A DNA stretch of 64,000 nt from a bacterium (GTDB lineage Bacteria; Patescibacteriota; Minisyncoccia; Phycocordibacterales; Phycocordibacteraceae): assembly GCA_037200965.1 (NCBI GenBank), contig JBBCGK010000001.1, positions 768,001 through 832,000 of the forward strand. Reading direction: 5' to 3'. The notes beneath the pieces are model-generated. The model was not told the DNA's origin and ran no database searches. It worked only from the letters and a program-made list of their open reading frames with translations. A program made the translations under genes and the position numbers. Position 1 is the first letter of the stretch, and the number at the start of each line of letters is the position of its first letter. Positions 17,506-25,425 of this stretch are shown piece after piece.

Positions 17506-18336
17506 ATGAAAACGAACAAGCAAACGATCGACGACGTGAAGTATTCTATAAACGGGGTCATTCGCTTCGATGCGTTTGATTATTTCCATACCGAACCGCG
17601 CATGGCCTTATGGGAGCTCGCTCAGCGTAGGAAAGAATCAGGACTTAAAGAAAAAGTGCGGCAAACACTTGGCTCTACTGCCGAGACCATATTGAAGAAG
17701 TTTATTCAGCCCCGGGCGGTACTCTTCCGCCAGGTAGCAACGCCGACGCATGAGATCATCCGTTTTTTGCGGCTAGCGAAGCATATGAAGCTCAAGCCGC
17801 TCATACTTGAGTACCATGGCGATAAGTTTGTGAGCTCAGACAACCGCTATAAGCGTTCCTTGGGCAAAATGCCCATCTATGAACATACCGGTTCCGACGG
17901 CCGCGACATGGTTCGATACGAAACAGTATGCGACTTCAATACGTCGACCGGCAAGCCGTTTACCGACATACAGTGCCTTCATGGGGAATCCCTTATCGCA
18001 TTCCATCACCGCCTCTTTCGCGCCATAACGGGTCTTAATCCAAAAACGCATTGTGTCGATGCGACGCATTGGTTCGATGCGAACGGAAGGAAGGCGGTCG
18101 ATTACTACGAACATCTCCTTACCTTATTCGTGCGCGACGGCATTTTGTTCGAAAACTACTTCACTACCAAGAGCGAAGGGCCGTTCGTGACCGAATCGGT
18201 CCTCCCCGCGTTCAAGCGTATTCAGCAAACATACGGATATTCGCCGCTCATTGTCCGGCTGTTGCCAAGCAACGAGGAACTTAGGCTCTTTTGGGATGCG
18301 TATCCGAAGAAGGTACGGCGCGCCCTCGCGCGATAG
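17506..18336 (+). CDS. Hypothetical protein (no recognisable domain); moderately lower GC than its neighbours.
   Basis: An intact 277-aa ORF from the ATG at 17506 with reasonable codon usage. No motif that I recognise. Confidence 0.45.
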   Translation: MKTNKQTIDDVKYSINGVIRFDAFDYFHTEPRMALWELAQRRKESGLKEKVRQTLGSTAETILKKFIQPRAVLFRQVATPTHEIIRFLRLAKHMKLKPLILEYHGDKFVSSDNRYKRSLGKMPIYEHTGSDGRDMVRYETVCDFNTSTGKPFTDIQCLHGESLIAFHHRLFRAITGLNPKTHCVDATHWFDANGRKAVDYYEHLLTLFVRDGILFENYFTTKSEGPFVTESVLPAFKRIQQTYGYSPLIVRLLPSNEELRLFWDAYPKKVRRALAR

Positions 18337-18349
18337 TATACTTATCCGC

Positions 18350-19978
18350 ATGGACATCAATACCTGCTTCGCTACGACAAGCGCATTTCGTGAACTGGCC
18401 CTCTATTCCCACCTCGTTCCAGGGGTTGCGAGCCTTATTCTCGGAGCAGTTGCCTATTTCAATGCGCCGAATAGGTACAAAGCCGTTTTCTTCTTCGGTT
18501 TTACCATTGCGTTCGCTCTCTGGCTCGGCGGAGACTTAATCAATTGGGTGGCGAATGACTATCATCTCGTCGCGGCCACCTGGGCGCCGCTCGACTATAT
18601 CAATATCGTATTTTTCGCGCTCCTCTTCGGTTTTGTCTATACTGACCTGTCTTCGCGCCCGATGCCGGTGTGGCTCTCGGGACTTCTGATTCTCTCCGCC
18701 GTTGTGCCTTTTTTCCTTACGGTAACCGGTCAGGCCGTCTTTCAGCTGAACCAGCCGCAATGCGAAATGGTCGATAACGAATTTCTTGCGAACTACAAGG
18801 CGATATTTGAAGCCCTGATTTTGGGAGCGACGCTCCTGTTCGGTATATATCGAATGATACAGTCATGGAAAAATCGCCGTGAACGGATTCGCGTACTGCT
18901 TGTCGTTGGCTCCATCGTTTTGTTCATGGGCATTTTTGCCGGAGCAGAATACGTGTCGACAGCGACTTCCATATTCGAAATAACCTTGTATTCACTCTTC
19001 GCTCTTCCGTTTTTCATCCTTTTCCTGACTATTGCGATTACCAATTACGAAACATTCAAGATCGGCGATAAGGGAGTCCAGGTACTTTTCTACATATTCA
19101 TTCTGATCGGCGGCGCTGAGTTCTTCTTCGTTCAAAATCCTACCGATCTTCTCCTGACCATTTTAGGATTTGCCGTAACCCTCGGATTCGGTGCACTCCT
19201 TTTTCAGTCGGCCAAGCGAGAGATACGCAACAGGCACGAGATCGAAGAACTGGCTGGGAATTTGGAGGCCGCGAACGCGCGGCTCAAGGAGCTCGACCAG
19301 CTCAAGAGCGAATTCCTTTCGATCGCGTCGCACCAGCTGCGCGCCCCGCTTACCGCTATTCGCGGCTACGCCTCTCTCGTTGTCCAGGGCGACTACGGGA
19401 CTGTTCCGGAGGCCCTCAAAGAGCCGCTGGATCGCATTGCCGAGTCTTCGCGCGTCATGGCGTCCTCTATTGAGGATTATCTGAATATCTCCCGCATCGA
19501 GCAGGGAAGGCTCAAGTACGAAATGGCGCCCGTCGCGCTTGGCGACCTCGCGCGCAAAGTCACCGACGAGCTGCGACCCGTCGCGACGGAACACGGACTT
19601 GCGCTCACTTATCTCGCTCCTCCTCAGGAAGTCACGGTGACGGCGGATGTTGGGAAGGTAAAACAGGTTATCACCAACCTCGTCGACAACGCGATCAAGT
19701 ACACGCCCGCCGGAAGCGTATCGGTCGCCGTTGAAAGGGCTGGTGTCGGCGCCCGCGTCACCGTTTCCGATACGGGCATCGGCATCGGGAAAGATGAGAT
19801 CGGCGGGCTCTTCGAGAAATTCAAGCGCGCCCGCGACGCGAACAAGGTGAACACGACCGGAACCGGGCTCGGGCTCTATGTCGCCAAGCAGCTGGTCGAG
19901 GGTCATAAGGGGAAGATATGGATCGAGTCCGAAGGCACAGGCAAGGGCACGAAGTTTATCGTTGAGCTTCCGGCGTAG
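18350..19978 (+). CDS. Sensor histidine kinase with polytopic (7TM-like) N-terminal membrane domain.
   Basis: About 7 TM helices, then a coiled coil, HisKA (LSIASHQLRAPLTAIRGYASL) and HATPase_c (NLVDNAIKYTP...DTGIGIGKDE...GTGLGLYVAKQLV). Confidence 0.8.
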   Translation: MDINTCFATTSAFRELALYSHLVPGVASLILGAVAYFNAPNRYKAVFFFGFTIAFALWLGGDLINWVANDYHLVAATWAPLDYINIVFFALLFGFVYTDLSSRPMPVWLSGLLILSAVVPFFLTVTGQAVFQLNQPQCEMVDNEFLANYKAIFEALILGATLLFGIYRMIQSWKNRRERIRVLLVVGSIVLFMGIFAGAEYVSTATSIFEITLYSLFALPFFILFLTIAITNYETFKIGDKGVQVLFYIFILIGGAEFFFVQNPTDLLLTILGFAVTLGFGALLFQSAKREIRNRHEIEELAGNLEAANARLKELDQLKSEFLSIASHQLRAPLTAIRGYASLVVQGDYGTVPEALKEPLDRIAESSRVMASSIEDYLNISRIEQGRLKYEMAPVALGDLARKVTDELRPVATEHGLALTYLAPPQEVTVTADVGKVKQVITNLVDNAIKYTPAGSVSVAVERAGVGARVTVSDTGIGIGKDEIGGLFEKFKRARDANKVNTTGTGLGLYVAKQLVEGHKGKIWIESEGTGKGTKFIVELPA

Positions 19979-20060
19979 TGTAATAATCCCCCCCATCTCT
20001 TTTTCTCCAGCTGTGGAGAAAAGTACTTTAGTTATATAGAATCGAGGTTACTATATACCT

Positions 20061-20735
20061 ATGGCTAAGAGCGATAGAAAACAAGAAGCAAGGCGACTTC
20101 GCGCCCGCGGACTTATGTTTGCTGAGATTGCAAAGCGGTTGAATATTTCAAAGTCCACGGCGGGGCTTTGGTGTAAAGATTTGAAGCTCACTTCGATCGC
20201 TTTAGCAAAGCTTGCAAAAAAAGCTGGAGACGGACGCCAAAGAGGAAGGCTACTCGGTTCTCAAGCGATCAAGCGGGCAAGACTCGAAAGAGTGAATCAG
20301 GCAGAAACAGAGGCCAGGAAACTCATTGGAATGATCAATGCCCGCGATTTACTGGTAGCAGGTGCTGCGTTGTATTGGGGTGAAGGAAGTAAAGATAGAA
20401 AGCTAACTTTTACCAACACCAATCCTCACATGTTGCGATTTGTTCTTAAGTGGTTTTTCGATTCCTTGAACGTTGCTCATGAGGACATTCGTGTCTGGAT
20501 ATACATTAATTCTACTCACGCGGATAGAAGCACCCAGATTTTCCGTTTTTGGAGACGCGAACTGGGATTGCCAGCTGCTCAATTTGCCAATCCGGTTTTA
20601 CTTAAAGCAAGACAAGGAAAGGTTTACGAAAAACGCGAAACGTATTATGGTGTAGTATCGCTTCGGATAAAGAAAAGTACCGAATTGCAGTACAAGATTC
20701 TTGGTCTTATAAAAGCGATGCAATTGCCGGCGTAG
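20061..20735 (+). CDS. HTH + LAGLIDADG-like homing-endonuclease-like protein (tentative); low-GC insertion.
   Basis: N-terminal sigma-70 region-4-like HTH (LRARGLMFAEIAKRLNISKSTAGLW). Central LLVAGAALYWGEGSK resembles a LAGLIDADG motif. GC is clearly lower than the flanks. The last 10 nt overlap the 5' acceptor stem of tRNA-Met. Confidence 0.4.
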   Translation: MAKSDRKQEARRLRARGLMFAEIAKRLNISKSTAGLWCKDLKLTSIALAKLAKKAGDGRQRGRLLGSQAIKRARLERVNQAETEARKLIGMINARDLLVAGAALYWGEGSKDRKLTFTNTNPHMLRFVLKWFFDSLNVAHEDIRVWIYINSTHADRSTQIFRFWRRELGLPAAQFANPVLLKARQGKVYEKRETYYGVVSLRIKKSTELQYKILGLIKAMQLPA

Positions 20736-20800
20736 TTCAAGGGTTAGAACGAGACACTCATAAAGTCTAGACGGTGGCTCGACTCCACCCGCCGGCACCA
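20726..20800 (+). tRNA. tRNA-Met (anticodon CAT), CCA encoded.
   Basis: Hand-folded: acceptor GCCGGCG/CGCCGGC; D-arm GTTC-AAGGGTTA-GAAC; anticodon loop CTCATAA with U33 and A37; T-arm GGTGG-CTCGACT-CCACC; discriminator A followed by CCA. Confidence 0.75.
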
Positions 20801-20833
20801 AGATTCGGGCAGGACACGGTATACTGGGGGTGA

Positions 20834-21088
20834 ATGGACATACCTCTCCTCATCATCGGCACGATCGGCGCAGCAGTCCTTCTTGCGGCGTTCGCGCTTG
20901 AGCAAACGGGCGTGATTACTGACAAATCCTATGCCTACGACTGTGCCAATGTCATCGGTTCGGGGCTTTTGGGCTGGTATGCGTTCGTGGGCCACGTCTA
21001 CCCATTCGTCGTGCTTGAGGTGGTATGGGCTACGGTTGCCCTATACTACATCCTCGGCCGTCTTGCCGGGAAGGGCAAAGGCGGGTAA
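20834..21088 (+). CDS. Small membrane protein (2-3 TM), hypothetical.
   Basis: 84 aa, strongly hydrophobic, with good codon usage. Confidence 0.4.
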   Translation: MDIPLLIIGTIGAAVLLAAFALEQTGVITDKSYAYDCANVIGSGLLGWYAFVGHVYPFVVLEVVWATVALYYILGRLAGKGKGG

Positions 21089-21149
21089 AGTATCGAAGCT
21101 GCGAGAACGCGATGCCCGCGTCGTCTCGCGGCATAAGCTGGTTTTCAAT

Positions 21150-21221
21150 TGCGGCTGTAGCTCAACGGTAGAGCGCCGCCCTGTCACGGCGGAGGCCGTG
21201 GGGTCAGCACCCATCAGCCGC
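21150..21221 (+). tRNA. tRNA-Asp (anticodon GTC), no encoded CCA, atypical T-loop.
   Basis: Acceptor GCGGCTG/CAGCCGC; D-arm GCTC-AACGGTA-GAGC; anticodon stem CCGCC/GGCGG with loop CTGTCAC. The T-arm GTGGG-GTCAGCA-CCCAT deviates from the TTCGAAT consensus. Confidence 0.6.
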
Positions 21222-21223
21222 GC

Positions 21224-21260
21224 AAAATGAATGAGCCCCGTACGGGGCTCATTCATTTTG
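21224..21260. terminator. Bidirectional rho-independent terminator.
   Basis: AAAATGAATGAGCCCCG-TAC-CGGGGCTCATTCATTTT, a 17-bp stem flanked by A and T runs, between tRNA-Asp (+) and the convergent gene at 21282 (-). Confidence 0.7.
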
Positions 21261-21281
21261 CGCGGCGCTTAGCAGCAAACG

Positions 21282-21662
21282 CTACGCCCCTCTCCTGTGC
21301 CGCTGTGCGTCGAGTTCCCGGAGTTCCTTGAATTCCTCCTGGAGCACGTCGAGCGCCTTATCCTCAAGATCCTCCGCATCGATAAATGAGTTGCGCGCGG
21401 GCTTGATAGCGCGGATGACCTCGTCAAGCTTCAGGTGTATCGCATGCGCGTCGCGGTTCTGCGTATTTTGGATGAGAAAGACCATGAGGAAGGTGAGGAT
21501 GGTCGTTCCCGTGTTAATGACGAGCTGCCAGGTGTCCGAGAAGCCGAAGACAGGTCCTGTTGCTCCCCAGACGACGATCGCAAGCACGGCGACGACAAAA
21601 GCTCCCGGCGAGCCGGTAGCCTTGCTGGTCCAGTGCGCGATGCGCCTGAAGAGGCTGCTCAT
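21282..21662 (-). CDS. Low-affinity iron permease family protein (small bacterial Fet4-like, PF04120-type).
   Basis: Two TM helices and the conserved TILTFLMVFLIQNTQNRD stretch typical of this family. Assigned from memory. Confidence 0.55.
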   Translation of the reverse strand: MSSLFRRIAHWTSKATGSPGAFVVAVLAIVVWGATGPVFGFSDTWQLVINTGTTILTFLMVFLIQNTQNRDAHAIHLKLDEVIRAIKPARNSFIDAEDLEDKALDVLQEEFKELRELDAQRHRRGA

Positions 21663-21678
21663 GAATATCGCTGGCAGC

Positions 21679-21906
21679 CTACGACCACTTCGCCCCCTGG
21701 TGGTTTTCCTTGCAGCACTTGCAGCCTCCGAGCTTTACGGCGCCGATGACGATGAGAAGGACCGGCCAGATAACGGCAACGGCTCCCATGGTGAGGATAT
21801 CCCAAGTCTGAAGTAGGAATGCGAGACCGATGAGAATGATGGCGACCGGCACGACCTTGTGGTGCGGGCACTTGCAGACTTTCATTTCCATATGATTGTT
21901 TTCCAT
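21679..21906 (-). CDS. Small Cys/His-rich membrane protein (hypothetical).
   Basis: KVCKCPHHK ... TM ... TM ... GGCKCCKENH, which may bind metal. Confidence 0.4.
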   Translation of the reverse strand: MENNHMEMKVCKCPHHKVVPVAIILIGLAFLLQTWDILTMGAVAVIWPVLLIVIGAVKLGGCKCCKENHQGAKWS

Positions 21907-22037
21907 GCGGTACGGTTACGGTTTATAAGCAACGCTTTAAGGATAGCACGTGGGCTTTAGGCGCCAGCGGGCCGGGTGCGTTACTTTGGCTTCACTGCGT
22001 TACGTGCTAGCATCGGCTAGTTCCTTTCGGGGAACAT

Positions 22038-22110
22038 GCCGATGTAGCTCAGCTGGTAGAGCAACTCCATGGTAAGGAGTAGGTCCCCGGTTCAAATCCG
22101 GGCATCGGCT
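22038..22110 (+). tRNA. tRNA-Thr (anticodon GGT).
   Basis: GCCGATG acceptor; D-arm GCTC-AGCTGGTA-GAGC; anticodon stem ACTCC/GGAGT with loop ATGGTAA; T-arm CCCGG-TTCAAAT-CCGGG. Confidence 0.85.
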
Positions 22111-22180
22111 CAGAGGTAAAAAGCACTCGTAGTCCAGCTCACTGTTGTGAGAGTGCGTTCTGTGGTAAAAATCTAGGTAC

Positions 22181-22253
22181 GCCGGAGTAGCTCAGTTGGT
22201 AGAGCACGTCATTCGTAATGACGGGGTCGTCGGTTCAATCCCGACCTCCGGCT
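22181..22253 (+). tRNA. tRNA-Thr (anticodon CGT).
   Basis: GCCGGAG acceptor; D-arm GCTC-AGTTGGTA-GAGC; anticodon stem CGTCA/TGACG with loop TTCGTAA; T-arm GTCGG-TTCAATC-CCGAC. Confidence 0.85.
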
Positions 22254-22260
22254 CAAGCAC

Positions 22261-22292
22261 AAAAGGCGCAGCTCTTTTAGCTGCGCCTTTTG
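22261..22292 (+). terminator. Rho-independent terminator after the tRNA-Thr pair.
   Basis: AAAAGGCGCAGC-TCTTTTA-GCTGCGCCTTTTG. Confidence 0.7.
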
Positions 22293-22305
22293 TTATACTC
22301 GGCAG

Positions 22306-23184
22306 ATGACGGACGGCGAGAAACGGCTTGCGGAACTCGAAGCGCTCATGGCCTCGGGCGATTTCTGGCTTGATAAGGAGAAGGCGCAGGCTTTGGTGCG
22401 CGAATACCAGATTCTTAAGGAAAGCGGCGGAGAAGAGGGGCATGACGGAGGGGGTGCGACCCTTGCGGTTCTTGCGGGCGCCGGGGGCGACGATGCGGAG
22501 GATTTCGCGCGCATGCTTTTGCATATGTATCGCGGATACGCGGCCGCGAAGGACTGGGGCGTAAAGCTTCTCGATGATACTGAAAACGACAATGGCGGAT
22601 ACCGCAGCGCGCTTCTTGAGATAAGCGGCAAGGGCGCATACGGACGCCTCAAGCATGAAGCGGGCGTGCACCGGCTCGTACGGCAGTCCCCGTTCAATTC
22701 CCAGGCAAAGCGGCAGACCAGCTTCGCGCTCGTTGAAGTGCTTCCCAAGCTCGCACCTTCGGAAGGAATAGTCTTTTCTCCGGACGACATCGAAATACAG
22801 TTCGCCAAATCAGGCGGAGCGGGCGGACAAAATGTGAACAAGCGCGAGACCGCGGTGCGCATCCTCCACAAAGCATCAGGTATTTCAGTACATGTTTCAA
22901 GCGAACGCAGCCAGCAGGCAAACCGCGAGAAGGCACTCGAACTCCTGCGCGCCAAACTCTTCACGGCCCAGGAAGAGCAGGCCAAGGCCGAGAAGGAAGG
23001 CCGCTCCATCGCGAAGACGACCGCGAACGAGTGGGGAAGCCAGATACGCTCCTACGTGCTCCATCCGTACAAGCTCGTGAAGGATCACAGGACGAATCAT
23101 GAGTCGCATGATCCCGAGCGGGTACTTGAGGGGGATTTGGACGGATTCATAGACGCGGTTGCGAATCTACAGCCCGGGGAGTAA
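22306..23184 (+). CDS. prfB: Peptide chain release factor 2, short form without programmed frameshift.
   Basis: SPF motif ([16 protein letters not shown]) and GGQ motif ([20 protein letters not shown]). Domain 2 begins at about residue 55, so the N-terminal domain is about 50 aa shorter than in E. coli RF2. Continuous ORF with no +1 frameshift site. Confidence 0.85.
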   Translation: MTDGEKRLAELEALMASGDFWLDKEKAQALVREYQILKESGGEEGHDGGGATLAVLAGAGGDDAEDFARMLLHMYRGYAAAKDWGVKLLDDTENDNGGYRSALLEISGKGAYGRLKHEAGVHRLVRQSPFNSQAKRQTSFALVEVLPKLAPSEGIVFSPDDIEIQFAKSGGAGGQNVNKRETAVRILHKASGISVHVSSERSQQANREKALELLRAKLFTAQEEQAKAEKEGRSIAKTTANEWGSQIRSYVLHPYKLVKDHRTNHESHDPERVLEGDLDGFIDAVANLQPGE

Positions 23185-23220
23185 CCTGCGCTGCAGGCGA
23201 ATGATCACAGGAGATGACCC

Positions 23221-23607
23221 GTGGCAACACAAAGCACTGTTTTTACCGTTACCCAGTACGCAAAAAGACCGCGCTTCCGTCAGGGCGAGCTGAATCCCAT
23301 CCATGTCGATTGCCTCCTCCCGTTCGTGCTTGGTGCCGGCGCGCGCGTTCGGATCATCCGGAATCATTTGATGTTCGATACCGGCTCGGTTCGGTGGGAA
23401 GGCGGAATCGGCGGTCGGCGCAACTTTTGCGGGCTGGGCAAGCTCTTCGACGCGCTCCCGGATTCGTGCGCCGTGATCAAAACGACGCGGCTTGCCCCGA
23501 TGCTCGCGGCGGAATGGTTCGAGCCGGATGACGTCGTCAAGCTCGAGATCTCGCCCGCTGCTTTCAGAGCACACTATCACGCGGAGCCCGGGCGTTGGCG
23601 GATGTAG
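23221..23607 (+). CDS. Hypothetical protein (weak call).
   Basis: The ORF has host-like GC3-rich codon usage and an intrinsic terminator immediately after its stop. The overlapping minus-strand ORF 23167..23580 is the alternative. Confidence 0.4.
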   Translation: MATQSTVFTVTQYAKRPRFRQGELNPIHVDCLLPFVLGAGARVRIIRNHLMFDTGSVRWEGGIGGRRNFCGLGKLFDALPDSCAVIKTTRLAPMLAAEWFEPDDVVKLEISPAAFRAHYHAEPGRWRM

Positions 23608-23627
23608 GAGCGCAAACTATTTAACCG

Positions 23628-23658
23628 GCAGGCGGCCTAGTGCCGCCTGCTTTCTTTT
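23628..23658 (+). terminator. Rho-independent terminator.
   Basis: GCAGGCGGC-CTAGT-GCCGCCTGC followed by TTTCTTTT. Confidence 0.6.
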
Positions 23659-23806
23659 GTCGGGTATCCGCGCGACTTTACGTATACGAAGCGCTCAGCG
23701 AAGCCGACAGTCGGGCAACGCTTTCTTTATCCCCACCTCGGCCCGTGCGTTTCCTTCATGTTTCTAGACGAGCGGTTTTCGAATAGGGTACAATGGTACG
23801 AACGGC

Positions 23807-24487
23807 ATGATTTACTTCGACAAGGTCACCAAGATCTATAACGGCAGCGAACCCGCGCTTGAGGACATAACTCTCTCCATCGCCCCCAAGGAATTCGTTT
23901 CCATCGTCGGGCACTCGGGCGCGGGGAAGACAACGCTCCTCAAGATGCTCCTTGCGGAAGAGAAGCCCACCGACGGCTCGATATTCTTCGAATCGATCGA
24001 CGTGCATGCTCTTCCTTCCGCGGCGCTTCACCACTACCGCCGCAAGATCGGCGTCGTATTCCAGGATTTCCGGCTCATCCCGACGAAGACCGCGTACGAG
24101 AACATCGCCTTCGCGATGGAGGCCGCGGGACGCCCCGACGACGAGATCGCCTCCGATGTACCGTATATCCTCGAGCTCGTCGATCTCGCGAATAAAGCGA
24201 ACCATTTCCCTTCGCAGCTCTCGGGCGGCGAGAAGCAGCGCGTGGCGATCGGAAGGGCGATCGTAAACCAGCCAGAGCTTATCGTTGCCGACGAGCCGAC
24301 GGGGAATCTCGATCCGATCAACACCTATGAGATCGTCGAGATACTCAAGAAGATCAACGAGCTTGGCACCACGGTCGTGATCACGACGCACAACAAGGGT
24401 GTCGTCGACGCCGTCGGAAAGCGGGTCGTGACTATGGACCGCGGGAAAGTGGTGCGCGATGATCCGCAAGGCGCCTACGTCTTATAA
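23807..24487 (+). CDS. ftsE: Cell division ATP-binding protein FtsE.
   Basis: Walker [13 protein letters not shown] signature [14 protein letters not shown], Walker [13 protein letters not shown], about 226 aa, immediately followed by ftsX. Confidence 0.9.
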   Translation: MIYFDKVTKIYNGSEPALEDITLSIAPKEFVSIVGHSGAGKTTLLKMLLAEEKPTDGSIFFESIDVHALPSAALHHYRRKIGVVFQDFRLIPTKTAYENIAFAMEAAGRPDDEIASDVPYILELVDLANKANHFPSQLSGGEKQRVAIGRAIVNQPELIVADEPTGNLDPINTYEIVEILKKINELGTTVVITTHNKGVVDAVGKRVVTMDRGKVVRDDPQGAYVL

Positions 24488-24497
24488 CGATATTTCT

Positions 24498-25424
24498 ATG
24501 AACTGGACCAACATCCGCCGCATACTTTCCCAGGGAGCAACTACGTTCGTACGTAGCGGCTCGGTGTCCTTTGCGACCGTGCTCATCATGACGGTGACGC
24601 TCGGCATCATCGCGTTCCTCATTTTCCTCTCGGCGGTACTCAACTTCACGCTCGACTCGATCAAGGACAAGGTGGACGTGAACGTGTATTTCGTCACGAC
24701 CGCGGCCACAAGTGATATCAACGCGCTTAAGGATAAGCTCGAGAAGCTTCCCGAGGTGCGGGAAGTGACCTATACCTCCCGCGAGCAGGCGCTCGCCGAT
24801 TTCACCGCGCGCCACGCAAGCGATCAGCTCACGCTCCAGGCGCTTGATGAGCTTGGCGAGAATCCGCTCGGTGCGAACCTTGCCGTGAAGGCCAAAGATC
24901 CTTCGCAGTACGAGGGGATCGTCAGCTTCCTTGGCGGCCAGCCGGCGCTTTCCTCCGACGGCGCGTCGATCATCGACCGCATCAACTACCAGCAGAATAA
25001 GACCGTGATCGACCGCCTCACGGGCGCCATCGACGCGACGAGGAAGGTCGGCGTCGTGATCGTCCTTCTCTTCGCTCTTGCTTCGATCACGATCGCCTTC
25101 GCTACCATCCGCCTCGCCATCTACACCGCGCGAGACGAGATCGGCGTGATGCGGCTCGTCGGGGCTTCGAACTCCTATATCCGCTATCCGTTTGTCGTCG
25201 CGGGCATGATCGCGGGGCTTCTTGCCGCGCTTATCGTGCTCTTCATCCTCTATCCGGCTACCTGGTACGCCGCGAGCGCAACGACGACATGGCTTGGGGG
25301 CTTCAGCCTCTTCTCGTACTACGCGGGCAACTTCGCCGCGATCTTCTTCGCGCTTGTCGGTTCGGGAGTGATCCTCGGAGGCCTCGCGAGCTTCCTCGCG
25401 GTGCGCCGGTATCTCAAGATCTAG
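24498..25424 (+). CDS. ftsX: Cell division permease FtsX.
   Basis: N-terminal TM, a large periplasmic loop and 3 C-terminal TM helices; sits downstream of ftsE. The ATG at 24498 was chosen (MNWTNIRRIL). Confidence 0.85.
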   Translation: MNWTNIRRILSQGATTFVRSGSVSFATVLIMTVTLGIIAFLIFLSAVLNFTLDSIKDKVDVNVYFVTTAATSDINALKDKLEKLPEVREVTYTSREQALADFTARHASDQLTLQALDELGENPLGANLAVKAKDPSQYEGIVSFLGGQPALSSDGASIIDRINYQQNKTVIDRLTGAIDATRKVGVVIVLLFALASITIAFATIRLAIYTARDEIGVMRLVGASNSYIRYPFVVAGMIAGLLAALIVLFILYPATWYAASATTTWLGGFSLFSYYAGNFAAIFFALVGSGVILGGLASFLAVRRYLKI

Positions 25425-25425
25425 T

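Noticed and set aside
20598-20801. Minus-strand 67-aa ORF containing VPAGGVEPPS.
   Set aside because: It is the antisense translation of the tRNA-Met gene and its upstream region, a typical tRNA-derived ORF artefact.
22192-22671. Minus-strand 159-aa ORF overlapping both tRNA-Thr genes and the prfB start.
   Set aside because: It overlaps two well-formed tRNAs and a terminator and lies antisense to prfB, so it is spurious.
23167-23580. Minus-strand 137-aa ORF overlapping the plus-strand ORF 23221..23607.
   Set aside because: I preferred the plus-strand ORF because its codon usage matches the neighbours and an intrinsic terminator follows its stop. Neither has a recognisable domain, so the choice is uncertain.
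23760-23806. Possible sigma-70-type promoter (TACAAT -10 about 17 nt upstream of the ftsE ATG).
   Set aside because: There is no convincing -35 at proper spacing, so this is too speculative to list as a feature.
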